Of a DNA stretch of 64,000 nt, positions 1 through 13,386 are shown one piece after another. The stretch's first letter is position 1; every line of letters starts with the position of its first letter. The translations under genes and the position numbers were made by a program. The stretch comes from Lama glama (Eukaryota): NCBI GenBank assembly GCA_028534125.1, contig CM052817.1, positions 53,632,001-53,696,000 on the forward strand, written 5' to 3'. Below the pieces are notes generated by a model. The model saw only the letters and a list, made by a program, of their open reading frames with translations. It was not told where the DNA came from and ran no database searches.

Positions 1-76
1 TTTGGAATAATTACCCTGACATTCATCCCTAACCTATCAAAAACTGTTCTGTGTTAGCAGAGATTCTGTAACCTAA

Positions 77-915
77 TCATTCATTCAGTAACTCCATCCT
101 GTTGAAGGCCAACCGTGTGCCAGGCTCAACACTAGTGCTGGCACTGGAGCAGTGAGCAGGACAGGACTGCTCTTTTTCAAGGAGCTTCCATTTTAGTAGT
201 ACATACACTGGTAAAACATGTAATTCTAATGTAATGAGAGAACTATTATCATGGGAGAAGAATGGATTAATTAAATACCACAGAAGTTTGGAGTGGTACC
301 TTAAACAGAGTATCTGACCCAGATTTGAACGTCAATAAAGGCTTCCTGGCCAAAGTGGTATCTAAACTAAGGCTTTAAATACAAACAAGATTCTTGGCAG
401 AAAGGGCTCCAGGCTAAAATTTCCTCATGTACAAAGTACCAGAGGCAAGAAGAAACATGATCTTTATCAAGAAATGCAAGCTTATTCTGGCTAAAACATA
501 GAAAGCTCGTAAGAGGTGAGCACGAAAAGAAAAGAGTAGAGGAGACGGGGGACGAGGGTACAGAAGTAGACAAGAAGCTTATTCAATCATGCAGGGAATT
601 TCACTGAGTCCTGTGGTTGAGGGGAAGCACTGAAGAGTCTATGCAAAGATCACTCTGGATGTTGAATTTGGAATAAACTGGAAGGATTTAAAATTGGGAG
701 AATGGCAGAAATACTAATTAGGAAATTTCTATAGTAATCCAACCAAGATATAAGTTAACATAGTCATACTAAGACTGGAGAAAAGTTGATGATCTTCAGG
801 AGAGTACACAGATCTCATCCTCCCAGGCAACTCATTAAATATCAGGGGAGTGAAGAATAACGAATGGTTCCCAGATTCTTGACTTGAACAAGTGTTGCCA
901 TTCTGGATGAGTAAC
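77..915 (-). mobile_element. L2 LINE 3' fragment, old and degraded
   Basis: Begins with CATTCATTCA (reverse of the L2 TGAA tail) followed by typical L2 3' motifs (tgtgccaggc, aaggagcttccattttagtag, gatcactctgg). Boundaries approximate. Confidence 0.6.
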
Positions 916-1030
916 ACTAGCAGCCAGTAAATATCAGCCAAAGCATCTTCTCATAGCATATACAATTTTCCTAGTTACTCAGGGTACTTTTTAGAGCTTC
1001 TTATTGTTCAGCAAATCTAAACCCCGTAAC

Positions 1031-1398
1031 TGTTTATTTTGGACTAAACTGTGTCCCCTCAAATTCACGTGTTGCAGCCTAATCCTCAACGTGACTGTAT
1101 TTAGAGATAGGCCTTTTAAAGAGGGAATTACAGTTAAATGGGGTCATAGGGTTCATTATGACTGGTGTCCTTATAAAAACAGGAGATTAGGACCTTCAGA
1201 GAGAGACACCGGGGAAAAGGCCTTGTGAGGACACTGCGAGAAGACAGCAAGCCAAGAAAAGAGGGCTTATGAGAAACCAAAACTTCTGCCATCCTGGTCT
1301 TGGACTTCCATCCTCCAGAACTGTGGGAAAATGAGTATCTGCTGTTTAAGCCACCCAGTCTGTGTCCTTTGTTACAGCAGACCTAGCAAACTAATACA
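1031..1398 (+). mobile_element. MaLR solo LTR, MLT1A/MLT1B-like
   Basis: TG...CA ends; hallmark MLT1 motifs tgtgtcccctcaaattca, gtgactgtatttagagatagg, tcttggacttcc..cctccagaactgtg, tttaagccacccagtctgtg, ctaataca. Confidence 0.9.
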
Positions 1399-3137
1399 GG
1401 CCCCAAAAGAGCATTCATCTCAAGAGCAAATTCACCATATACATACATAGTGTGTATCATATTTATCAGAGATCATGTTACAGTCCAGGTGAGATACACA
1501 TGTTAAAAACAGACCTGTTAAAGAAGAATAGCAAATACTATGTTGTAAAAAAATATTCTTTCTCAGTTAAGGCCATTGCACGTAATATCAGCCATTCAAG
1601 CCAATGGAAAATTCCCCCAAGAAACAAATCACAAGTAATTAGGTTACTGAACACAGTAAAATCTTTCAATTAATGATCTCATACAGTGGCTATAACATGG
1701 GTTGTTGTGAAGATGGGGCTCCCAACCCCCTGGTCTCTATTAGCCCCCTGGTTACCCCAACATACCTATACTCTAAAGAAAATAATGGGCTTCCTAAATA
1801 AACACAGCTACAAGGTGAGCCCAGATTTCTGAGCCTAAGATTCTACCTAATAAAACTTCTAGTACCACTGTGAATCTCCTGCAGGCTTTTAAATTTTTCT
1901 TAGTTTCCCGGTAGCTGTAGCAGTTTCAATATCTTGGGGTTTCTGAAAATAAAAAAATTGTCCAGAATTTTATCAAACATTCATACTATTTTCCAGTGGG
2001 CTGAAATAATTTACACTAATGATTTCTACCTTCACAAATTTATAATAATTTATATGGGATTAAAGCTCACATATTATAATTTTTTTCAGAGTTATATGCT
2101 ATAGGATATTCTACAATACTTTTACTAAAATCAAGTAACAGTAACAAAAGTTATTTCAAATCAGAAGCATTGAATTTACAAATAGATTCTCTCCAAGAAT
2201 ATTTTAAAAATAAGAATGCGGCTATTTAGCAAAATTTGAAGAAGGTGACTAAAATGCATTGCCATATCAAATCCTCAAAAATTTTAGGGTTATAGTGTAA
2301 TAAATGGAAATAGAATAACAATGGAAAAAACTACTCTCTCTGTATTCCTACAATGCATTTTACCACTTTTAGAACATTTTCCATGTTTTATTTTTAATAC
2401 AGTTATTTGTAATTGTCTTGTATTCCCTAATACATAATGATAACTTTAAAACGTTACCTTATATTGTTTGGATTCCTAGTATCATTCAGAATGGATCATG
2501 CACAATAAATACTTCTGGATTGAATGAAACCAAATATACTCAGATATATATACTCACTGAAAATCAAAAGATTTTCTGTATAAAGCATGATCATTTCAGA
2601 GAGACTACAGAAACATACTTAGTATTCTTCCTGACAGTTCAAAAATGAACCACGAACTCTAACTAGTCTTCATCATTGATGTAAATCTTATCAGATAGCT
2701 GCTACTGAGAAAGAAACTAAGCTTAAACTACATTGAAGAAAAAATCCACAAGGAGTATTTATTCTTTTTTTAATCATTAACATCAAAGGGCAAACTCAGT
2801 GGCATTAATCCAGCCTGAAAGAAGGCACAGAACCTTTGGAAAAGACAGTTTCACAGGGATCAATTTATAAAACCAATGCAACTGAAAATGTAATAACATT
2901 CAAAAAATCTAAAGCAAAAATGGTCAAAAGCTGCTAGCATTAAATAATCTACCATTTTTCGAAATTAGTGGTTCAAGAGACTCATAGAAAATAAATTCAG
3001 GCTCCAATCTATGGTTCAGTGGTGGTAGGAATTTCTATTCTCTTCTATACCGCATCATATTAGCATCCTTCTATACAAGGTCTATACAGGATCCTTCCCC
3101 ATGTCTAATCAGCTAAGGAGTTTGGCAGATGTGCCTC

Positions 3138-3162
3138 TGTGTGTGTGTGTGTGTGTGTGTGT
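3138..3162. repeat. (TG)n microsatellite
   Basis: About 12 perfect TG units seen directly. Confidence 0.95.
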
Positions 3163-4164
3163 ACAAAATGGTGGTGGAAATAAAAATGGGTCACAAGGCA
3201 AAAAGATAAAGATGTGAAACTTATTTTACTGTTAATGTGACAGTTGTCTGACAACATGTTCAAAATACTCAAAATACTATATTTATAGATGTTTAATATG
3301 CAAATTATAATATAAACAGCATGTCAATCAACTTACGATTTATCCGGTTGATGGAATTTAATCCTAAGATACAGAGCAGACTCTCAAATATTGTCCCTGA
3401 CACACCCAGATGCCAGGTTTCTGTGGTCCTGCATATTCAGTTAGAGGGAGATGACATAAAATAGAGCAAGGGGTGGGGCTTGCATGAAATGGAGCACAAG
3501 AAGGGTAACAAATGAGGTTAATGAGAGCAACTCACAGACCCAAGCCACAGAGAAGCTTGAGGGATTTTCATTAAAGAGAAAGGGCTATATCAACATTGAG
3601 TTTATTACTATGAAGAAGTGTGTAAAAAAGGGTTTCGAGGGGCCAGGAGAACAGAAAGCAAAATCAAAGTTATAGAACTAGGAGACAGCTCATGGGCAGC
3701 CAGCCACTCTACAGATTATATGGACTTTTAGATACCAAATTCCTCCTGCTCCCACCAATCTGGACAGACATCTTCTATAACCATTTTAACTTGCAGACTA
3801 CTTCTTGTAGCAATTCACAGAAGTTTTACACTGACATGAAATGAATTTGTGATTTTGTTTCTAAAATGAGCAGGCTACTGGAACAACCAGTCAACAGGCC
3901 CTTATCAACATTCACACTTATTGTTACAGTTGGATATTACACAATGCATAAGATCTTTCAACATCTAAATGCACCATATTTATTTGTCTTTTATGCGTAT
4001 TAGTAGCTCACAAGAACAGTGCCACACAAGCAAATGACAAACAGGTAACACTTTCAATGCCAGCAGTTAGTGTGCTAAAATAGTGTTACAGATAGCTGAT
4101 TAACCATCACATGAGTATCTAGGATAAGTCAGTAGAATACATTCATGTAAAAAACTAACATGTT

Positions 4165-4260
4165 GGGGGTGGGTATAGCTCAGTGGTAGAACACATGCTG
4201 AGCACACTTGAGGTCCTGGGGTCAATTCCCAGTACCTCCATTAAAAAGATAATAATAATA
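4165..4260 (+). mobile_element. tRNA-Ala-derived SINE, camelid Vic-1 type, short form
   Basis: gggtatagctcagtggtagaacacatgctgagcacacttgaggtcctggggtcaattcccagtacctcca is a diverged tRNA-Ala(AGC) with A and B boxes, followed by an A-rich (aat)n tail. Confidence 0.85.
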
Positions 4261-5406
4261 GCATGGCAATGGTGTTCTCTTCCTACTCTTGTATATATGT
4301 TCAATTTAGTATTGGAGGGATGAATATTGCATTCTCTAATTTCATTGTGGGTTTTTTTAGAAATCCATCAAAAACATGACCTAAAGAAACCAAAATGCAT
4401 CCTTAGTTTCTAAGATGAAGATATTTTAATAGGTTGCAATCCTTGAGCTACAAAAGTTCTTTAAGTTGCCATCATACAGCTGTACAATTGGCATAGATTC
4501 TTCTCAATGAAATGTGACACCATCACAGATGTTAGAGTTTAAGGGTTTGTCTTGCACAGAGAGTAGGTGTTAGAATCACAATGGTACAACATTTCCACTA
4601 AGCAGCATGATGCTTTTCCTTCTTGAAAACAAACCAGGTGATAATTTGAAAATTTTGCACCTATCTTGGCATCTGCAACATTTGTCACAAAGTTTAAACA
4701 ACAATACACTCTTAGTTTGTATCTCTCTAGCTGGCATGGGGATGCTTGTCTCTGTGATGCTTCCTATGTCAGTAACAAAATCAATACAAGATCTAGTACA
4801 TACACACAGAAACATACACACACACATACACACGACACACAATACATATAAAGGAATATTTTTGTTTTCTTCAGTAGATGCTAACTTTCCATTGCTTTCA
4901 CTGTTTAATTGGATTTTCCCCATAGATTCCAAAGGAGGTTCACAGCATCTATCAAATGTTAAAAATGATTCAGAATATTTTCCTTCACAAGAAAATTCTG
5001 CACTTGAGATTTGTTTCCTAAATAATTGTCACTTGAGTTTTACTTCAGAGGTGTGGACATTTTTTCCAAATATATTGTTTTTAAGTCGAGAGAACGTTTG
5101 GATTTTATGTAATAGGGTGTGCCACTACAATTTCAAAGCTAGAATGGATAGAAGGCATACATTTTTATTCTTTTATTCCTTTCATTCTGATAGCATAATA
5201 TACGACAATGTTGCCATTTGGTTAGATAATATGTCCAGCTGTAGCATCAACACATTAAATCAAAAGCTGTACAATTTCTGTGATTCCTTTAACAAATTAA
5301 AATTTTTTGAACTCAATATTTCCTGCTTCCCTCAGCGCAAAATTTCTTTGCTGACTTTAAGAATTCGCCTACCAACCCAAATGCACCTCCCATCACTCTC
5401 CAATAC

Positions 5407-5506
5407 NNNNNNNNNNNNNNNNNNNNNNNNNNNNNNNNNNNNNNNNNNNNNNNNNNNNNNNNNNNNNNNNNNNNNNNNNNNNNNNNNNNNNNNNNNNNNN
5501 NNNNNN
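5407..5506. other. Assembly gap (100 N, probably a placeholder of unknown size)
   Basis: Run of exactly 100 N. Confidence 1.
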
Positions 5507-5550
5507 ACGTTTCTCAGTAACTCTTGTGATAAAAATAAATACTTTATTGC

Positions 5551-6209
5551 TCTGGTAAAAAAAAAAAAAAAAGAAAAGAAAGTATTAATTTGAAAAGATA
5601 CATTCACCCCAATGTCCATAGCAGCGATGTTTACAATAGCTAAGATATGGAAGCAACCTAAGTGTCCATCAACAGATGACTGGATAAATAAGGTATGATG
5701 TAATATACACACGTGTGTGTGTGTGTGTGTATTTGTGTGTGTGTGTGTGTGTGGAGAGAGAGAGAGAATATTACTCAGCCATAAAAAATGAAATTTTGCC
5801 ATTTGCAACAACATGGATGGGCCTACAGAGTATTAAGCTTAGTAAAGTAAGTCAGACAGATAAAGACAAATACTGTATGTTTTCACTTTTATTATACTCT
5901 TTTTTTTTTAGAAAAAAAAAAGAGTATAATAAAATAGAACAGACTCACATATACAGAGAACGAGCTAGAGGTTACCGATGGGGAGGGGGAGGGTAAGAGA
6001 GGGGGAGGAGATTAAGAGGTACAAAGTACTAGCTATAAAATAAATAAGATACGAGGATGTAATGGATATCACAGGGAATATAACCAATATTTTATAATAC
6101 TTTAAATGGAGTATGCTCTATAATAATATTGAATCACTCTGTTACATACCTGAAACTAAGGTAACACTGTAAATCAACTATACTTCAATTAAAATAATAA
6201 TAAAAATAA
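5551..6209 (+). mobile_element. L1 3' end (ORF2 C-terminus and 3'UTR), 5'-truncated, with internal (TG)n(GA)n
   Basis: gaaaagatacattcaccccaatg..tggaagcaacctaagtgtccatcaacagatgactggata..ttgccatttgcaacaacatggatg..aaatcaactatacttcaatt plus A-rich tail. Confidence 0.92.
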
Positions 6210-6987
6210 GTTCTCTTCCACCTCTGATTTTGACTAGCATTCCATTTCACTTTTTGAATGTCAGAACTACCTTCTCAAAGGACACAAACATCACTCCTTT
6301 GATAACCCACATGTGTAAGTGATACGCTTTTTCAAAGAGGAGTGAATAAGCAAATCAAGAAATATTATTAATAATAAATATTATAATTCTCTAATCTTTT
6401 TTAAGTTACATGATTATAGAAAGATTAAAACAAATGTGTAAGCTCAAAACTTCTTAAAGAAATAGCTTAATACAAAAACATTGCTTGTATTTAACTGTAT
6501 ACTAATATTGTATTAGAAATTATGAAAACACAGATAATTTAGCTTTCAACAAAGCATCGGGTAAGATGTAAATGCAGATATGTGCCTGTGTATCAGTTTT
6601 CATCATGCTAATTTAAGTTGATAGCTGCTCTGGGCTCAGTTGCTCCTTTTTAACTTTAGTCCAGCATACCCAAGGCAGACTAGGAATGAAGTCCTGTCTC
6701 TCAGAGAGCTTGGGCTCATTAGGCTTCAGAATTCCTCAACACGTTTATTTACCCTGACCGGAGTTCTCAGGAGGTATCCTAAGGGCAATTTTGCAGAACA
6801 TTTGATTACAGAGTGTCCCTTCTTTTGATCTAACTTCTCCCCTTCCTGGGAAGAAAGATGTGAACTTGGATAGCTGGTAGGGTTGCCAGACAGGAGGAGG
6901 TCATACAGAAATGGAATGGGTGAAAAGGAGCTTGCAGGAAGTAAGTGGAAACAAGTGGTTAAGTGCCTTGCAGTGAGAGTACCAAGT

Positions 6988-7142
6988 TTCTTTCTTTTCT
7001 TTTTTTTCCTTTTAAATTAAAGTATAGTCAACTTACAATGTTGTGTTAACTTCTGGTGGACAGTGTAGTCCACCAGAAATTTCATATTCCTTTTCATATT
7101 CTTTTTCATTATAAGCTATTACAAGGTATTGAAGAGAGTTTC
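6988..7142 (-). mobile_element. Short L1 3'UTR terminal fragment
   Basis: T-rich tail then aattaaagtatagtcaacttacaatgttgtgtta..ttcatattctttttcattataagctattacaag, matching the other L1 3' ends in this window. Confidence 0.8.
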
Positions 7143-10100
7143 AAGGGTGAGAGACTCAGAAAAACAAAAAGCAAAGGGTGGGATGGGGAAGAAATTCAAA
7201 AAGAGGATGGATTTGCTGCCTGTTATACCAACTAAAGCAGTGGTATTTTTGTACTTAAAAGTAGCATGGTACAGCTGATACTAGAATAATGAAAGTATTA
7301 TAACAATCACTACTCCTGAAATAATCCTCATATTTGGATGAGGAGAAGAAAATAGTCTGTGCTAACTTTGAAGAGATGGGACCTGGATCAGAGAACTTCT
7401 CAAAGTCACAATCTTCAAGGAAAGATGAATTGAACCCTGACGCACGTTGGCAGGTTGGAGGTCAAGAGCCTCCTAGTTCAAAACTCTGTGAATATATTTG
7501 AATAGGTAGATCTTACAAACATTTAATTGCATTAATTAATACACAAAAAAATACTGACCTGGCACCTTTATGTCTCAGGCTCTGGTGGGTGCAGGAAGAA
7601 CTGTGCTGATGCTGGCTTGCACTGAAAGTGGTTCAATGGTGTTTCCTTGTAAAGCTGTTCATATTATATTTCCTTCTATTGTTCCCAAGTCTTCAGTAAA
7701 ACCTTGTTAAACATTACAACCTGTTCCCAGTGATTCCTGGGGGGGGAACTGAAAAGCCGGTTCTCTGCCCAAACTTAAAATGAAGCAGTTTGGACCAGCA
7801 ATAGTCACCTGAGAGAAGTTAGTCTGAAGACAAAGGGTGAGATGACATGCTACAGAACACATGGTCAATGGAGTAGAGTGGAGAGCAGGATTCTAGAGCC
7901 AGAGAGCTGCTGGATGAGCAGTGACCAGAACAGATGCATATGCATTCCTTGGAGACTGCCAAAAGCTCTCCAGTAGGGTAATCTGGTAAAAACCTGGACG
8001 TAACATAGGCAAGCTGTATGTATACTATTCATTAGAGGGAAAAATCATGTGACTTATTGTCAACTGAATTCTAGGGTATTTGGCTAGCATTACCATTAGA
8101 TTAGTAATACTACATACATAATAACTATATATATTATGAATATATATTAACATGTTTTAGAAAGAATAAATGGGTCCAAGACACTTTCATTTTGGTGCAC
8201 TTTACCAATTAAATACTACACGGCTTGAAAAAATGTAAAGGCTATATAGTTCTCAAACTAAGTAACTTTAATTTCACATTCACCTATTAATTTCAACTTC
8301 TAAAAAGTACTGTAATTCGGGGCGAATGGTTTTTCTCAGTTAAATCTTTAAAAGTAAAAATTATTATTTCCCAGATGCCCAAATGGTTTCCTGCAGTTTG
8401 CTCATTCAGTGGCAGGGAAACTGATTCAACTCAGCAGCAAATTGAGAAATGCATCTGGTCATCAGTCTTGGAGTGTGTGTGAATTAGAAGCATACCTAGG
8501 TAAGCAAGTGCGGGAGGAAGACAAGAAGCAAAGAGGAAATAAAATGAAAAAAGAGAAAGAATTATATAAATTTATATAAAAATAATATAATAATCTTCCC
8601 CTTCTCCTTTTCTGCATTTTAGACACCAGTGCAACTCTAGGTGCATTTTAAGCATTAATAGATTCTGCTTTGCACATTGCTTTAGGTATGTTTGCACGTA
8701 GAAAATAAATTAACATATGATATTCCCCATCTATTAAAAATAAGTGATATCTCCTTGGACCCATGTAGTTTACATATTACTTCAGAAGGACTAGAACTTC
8801 AGAGGATATTTTTTTAGTTATACTTAAAAAAATGATATGAGAATTCTTACCTAGAATTTTGTTGGTAAGGACTGCAATACCGTATATTTTTCCCCCTTTG
8901 GCTCTATATGTGTTCCAAGAAAATGCAATATATTTAAAATAAGAAAATATTATAAGATAGTCTTATCCCTATCATGTATGTTTACTGATTTTATGTTTCA
9001 AGGTACATGTCTAAATTTATATTTTAGGAATCTTGCAAAACAGGAAACCAAGAAATTAAAGATTCAGGTATTTCTGTACATGTAAAATGAAAATATGATC
9101 TAATTATAATTATTAATGTAAATTAGAGTTGCTTCACAATGCTAAAAATAAAAATTCCTAGTGACTGTTTTAATAATTCCGTAATTATTATACTGTGTGT
9201 AAGACCTTATATTGTGACAGATTCATCACTATTTTAATTTAGTAGAATATAGCTATATGTTCATAGGACTACGAATTTCCTTCTAACTGAAGATTTTTCT
9301 AAGATTTGGTATAATTATAATTTTTCCAGGAATAGAATAAACTGTAAGATTTTAAAAGTTGTGAATCTTAAATTTAAGCCTTAAACTTCTTTTCATCTAA
9401 GTTACCTAAGCAAGTCACAAGGTAGGTAAATTTCCTTTCACTTACAAAGACTGAATCCATTCAGAAATATGGGTCTAAGTTGGGTGAGAAGGGCATGAAT
9501 TCAAGCAACATGGAAAATGAATGAATGAATGAACATTATTATTTACATTTGACAGTGAGTTTTTCTAAATAAACATATATAGAAGCCTAATTTTTATCTT
9601 ACTTCATTCCTTCACTTTAGTGACAACTCATATATTTAGCTTCAAATCTTTGTTGAGAACTAAAATGTATTTATATTTTTAAACTATTTGTTGTCATAGT
9701 CCCCTTAATTCTAAATGTATAATTCAACAAATAGTTTACATTCTACTCTATCATTTACAAAAATGTCCTCCTTGGTTCCTTATAATTACATTCTTTTGTA
9801 ATTATATTGTATTTATCATTTAATCCACAAATATTCCAAAGTCTAGCTGTGTGCTCCAATGGTTAAGAAAGGAAACATTATTATATCCAATTTCCCTTAT
9901 TTACACAAAAGTTCTTATTGAATTTGATGTTTCAAATAACACACTTGACAATTTTATTGTTGTCAGTAGTAAGAGTACAGCTCAAACAAAACAAATGTCC
10001 TTTGCTGTCAAATACAAGGATATCTCATGTCTCGAATGCCATCACAGACAGGAAATTGCTAGCACTGATTTGAAGCAGGGATTTCAGGAAGGAAAAGGGA

Positions 10101-10457
10101 AAGGCTTCTTGACAAACTACATTCTTTAAAAATTGTCCATCAATCAAAGGAGAAAAAAATTCTTGATTAGTTGTTAACTCTTTTAACAGATGCATATGGT
10201 TATGCCAGGTATTCTCCATGTAAGAAAAGCCCAGAAATTGTAATAATCACAAGGGCATACTCCGAAAAACTTAATGAGTTTTATTCACTTTTGTTAAAAT
10301 ACTGTTAATAAATTATATGTAATAAAATGAAACTATATGGAAACTGTTATGTTAACTACAATTTTAAATCATCTTGGTTAACTGAAATGGCAAAATGTGT
10401 GAAATCTTTTGGAAAAAAAAAACTTCATGTTTTAAAAAATGTGTTTATCCCCCCATC

Positions 10458-10682
10458 CAGCTTTATGGAGATATAATTAACGTTATCATTGTGTAGGTTT
10501 CTGGCATATAAAGTGATGACTTGATTTGAATACATATTTAAAATAATTACCACAGTAAGATTAGTTAAAACATCCATCATCTCATATAGTTACCATTTTG
10601 TGTGTGTGTGGTGAGATTTAATATTTACTCTCTTAGAAACTTTCAACTATACAATACGGTATTGTTAACTATACTCACCCTG
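10458..10682 (-). mobile_element. L1 (L1MA/L1MB-like) 3'UTR end fragment
   Basis: cagctttatggagatataatt..attaccacagtaagattagttaaaacatccatcatctcatatagttacc..tacaatacggtattgttaactata. Confidence 0.8.
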
Positions 10683-11699
10683 AAAACCTTCACTTCTAAT
10701 TTTTTTAATGTATACAGATTTATAACACATATATTTAAATGAAAATATGTAAATGATAAATAAATCATCAAAATATTTTACAGATCATAAACTAGGAATC
10801 AGCATTAGGTATATTCTCTACTAATTTGGTGTTACTAATATCTTGTTCTGTTATCTGGGGTGAAATCTCAATTGTCTGGCAATTTATAATCCAGATACTT
10901 TTGCTTCCAGAGCATTGAGATATTTTATTGCATTTTATTTCCTTTGCATCTTGCTGTAGACTTTTTCATCAAGATATACTATTGCAAATGTGCTCAGCAC
11001 ATTTTGAAGAGAAAAAGTCTTCCATTTTCAATTGTCTTTGGGATGTGGTAAGAAAATTAATTAAGGGTATTATATCATATTATTGACTGGAAGATTTCAA
11101 TGTCATTATCTACATTTCTCAAAATATTGCTACATTTCACCAAGGCAAATCTGAAATGGGGTTAAAATGTGGTTATTCACAAATGAGTAGGACTAAATCA
11201 ATAATCTTGGGTAACACATCCTATCAATAAGTTATTGTAGGACTCATATATATGTCATGATATAAAGTAAAAAATAGGGGGGAATATCATTACTCTGTCT
11301 CTGAAATTAATAAAAATAAGAACATAAAGATTTAGGAAGAATTTGTATGTTTTAGGCTCTGTATGAGTGAGGTGTTTGATGAATTGGCTAACAAAGAGCC
11401 TATGCTTAAACCTGTAACTGAACTGGAAAAATATTGTCACTAATGGAAGAAAGGGCAGAGGCTTTACATCTTTCCTGTATTCCATCTCGCTGTGAAGTCA
11501 ATGGGGCGAGAAATATAGGCAAGTACAGAACAAAGATTCATGACCGAGAACTCACTGAGAAACAGTTTAACATCTTAGAAAGAATAGAGAAGGCATCCTT
11601 AGTCATTAATTACCGAAAAGTCACAATAAAAAGCATTGCATTGAGCCTCTTATCCACCAAACTGGTAGCATTTAGCTAGAGGCAAAATTATGTAGGACT

Positions 11700-11838
11700 C
11701 TGAGCTGAGATTTGGGTGTCAGACAACATAGGCTCTTTTTCTGGTTCTGACACTCCAATGTTTTGTAACCTTGGCAAACCCAATTAATCTTTCTTAGCCT
11801 TCATTTCTTCATATTGACAAATGGAGCTAATAACTACA
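11700..11838 (+). mobile_element. MIR SINE fragment
   Basis: Core motif tgtaaccttggcaaac..aatctttcttagccttcatttcttcatattgacaaatggagctaata. Confidence 0.7.
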
Positions 11839-12569
11839 GTACTGAAGTACACCTTTGCCTGCAAGTCAATTTCTGCTGCTTTAGCCACTGCGCTGATGAA
11901 CCTTCTATATTGACTCACAATAACTCCCTGCAAGTCATCAGTGGATTAAAATCTGCGGTACTCCATTGGTTACTGATAGTCTTCTTAAAGATCTTCAAAT
12001 AAAGATCTGCTCAAAGTGATGACTTTTAAAATTTTACAGTAAGGTAAAAATACTTCCCAATTCCTCTGGGTAAAGGAAAAGAGACCTGTAATTTGACCCT
12101 CCAAAAAGACAAATCCAACCTGATAGCCACATTAGGTGAGCAAGTTCAAATTGTCCAGGAAAGCTAACATGAGGAATAGCTCATTTTTCCTTTAATATTC
12201 AAACAAAAGCATTTGAACGGTAGTGACTGAATTTCTTGCTCCATGGTGCTGACTGAACTTTATATACAATTTCTGGATATTCATATCTGTAATGAATAAT
12301 ATTTCTTAGGAAAACAAGCCTCATCCTGCATTTAGAACATATGACTTGATCTTGCAAAGAGTAGCTAAGAATAATTCATAATTTTTCCAATTTGTTATAA
12401 CAATTCAAATAAAGAAAACACAATATAAAATTAAGATATATTTCATTGTTATTAAATATTGAAAAACTGAAAAGGCCAAATTGTTTATATTATTATAGCC
12501 AGACTTATTCTAGCAAATACATTAAAAGTCATAATATTAATGATTATGTTCTATGCCTCTCAGATGCCC

Positions 12570-12870
12570 GCTGACCTTGTTTCTGTTCTACAATCACCTC
12601 AGACCTGTTCCTACTTCCTAATCCTTGCACTTGATCTCTTGGATGGTATGGTCCTCCTGTGAGTGTTCAGGTTGCTGAATCCATCACATCCTTCAGATCT
12701 CAGCCCAACTGTCATCTTTTCAGAGTCCTCTGATCAGCCCCATCCAGGCCCTGCCTCAGTCACATTCTGTCACATGACAGTGTTTATAGCCCTCAGAGCA
12801 CTTACTGCTCTCAGAACTCACCTTTCTTAAATCACTAGTTACATATTTATATCTGTCTCCAATAGTCTAG
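12570..12870 (+). mobile_element. L2 3' fragment
   Basis: ccttgcacttg..catccttcagatctcagcccaactgtcatcttttcagag..ccctcagagcacttact resembles the L2a 3' region. Confidence 0.6.
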
Positions 12871-13386
12871 CCAGTACAGGAGACATGTCTGAAGATTCAT
12901 ATCCAGGGATTAGAGTGGGGAGTGTGGGAAGATTCTAGACTTAATTGCTGGTGGCCTTGTTTAGAAATTGCATGCTTAAAGCCCATTTATCTTTAGCTTT
13001 AAGCCTTATATTCAATTTTGGGGCAACAGAGAAGTTCACATAGCTTACACTGATGTTGTTATTTAACAAGAATCTATTCTGCAATCATGAATAAGTGAAC
13101 TAGAGAGGGAGTACAGGGCATAGTTTTCCTCAATTCACACCTGCCTGAGAAAAGGCATCTCATTCCAATTACATGTTATTACTGTTAGTAGAGAAAATTT
13201 TTTTCTGAACTAATGGCAAAGATCGAATTTTCAGAAAAACTAAAAGACGAATAATTGTGTTACCATCCTATTAATAGTTTCCTCATCTAACTTTAATGTT
13301 CAATATTATAAACATATATATACGTGTGTACTTATAGATAGCTTTTTATATAGATACAACAAATTTTAAAAGCTCTGATAATTCTT

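Noticed and set aside
4165..4240. Functional tRNA-Ala gene
   Set aside because: Anticodon arm and B box are mutated, and an A-rich tail follows instead of a poly-T terminator; it is a SINE.
5407..5593. C-terminal part of the 328-aa ORF, and the 160-aa minus ORF 5332-5814
   Set aside because: Both read through N placeholders of unknown true length and into L1 sequence.
8562..8579. 18-bp perfect palindrome ttatataaatttatataa
   Set aside because: Pure A/T low-complexity sequence, expected by chance or slippage.
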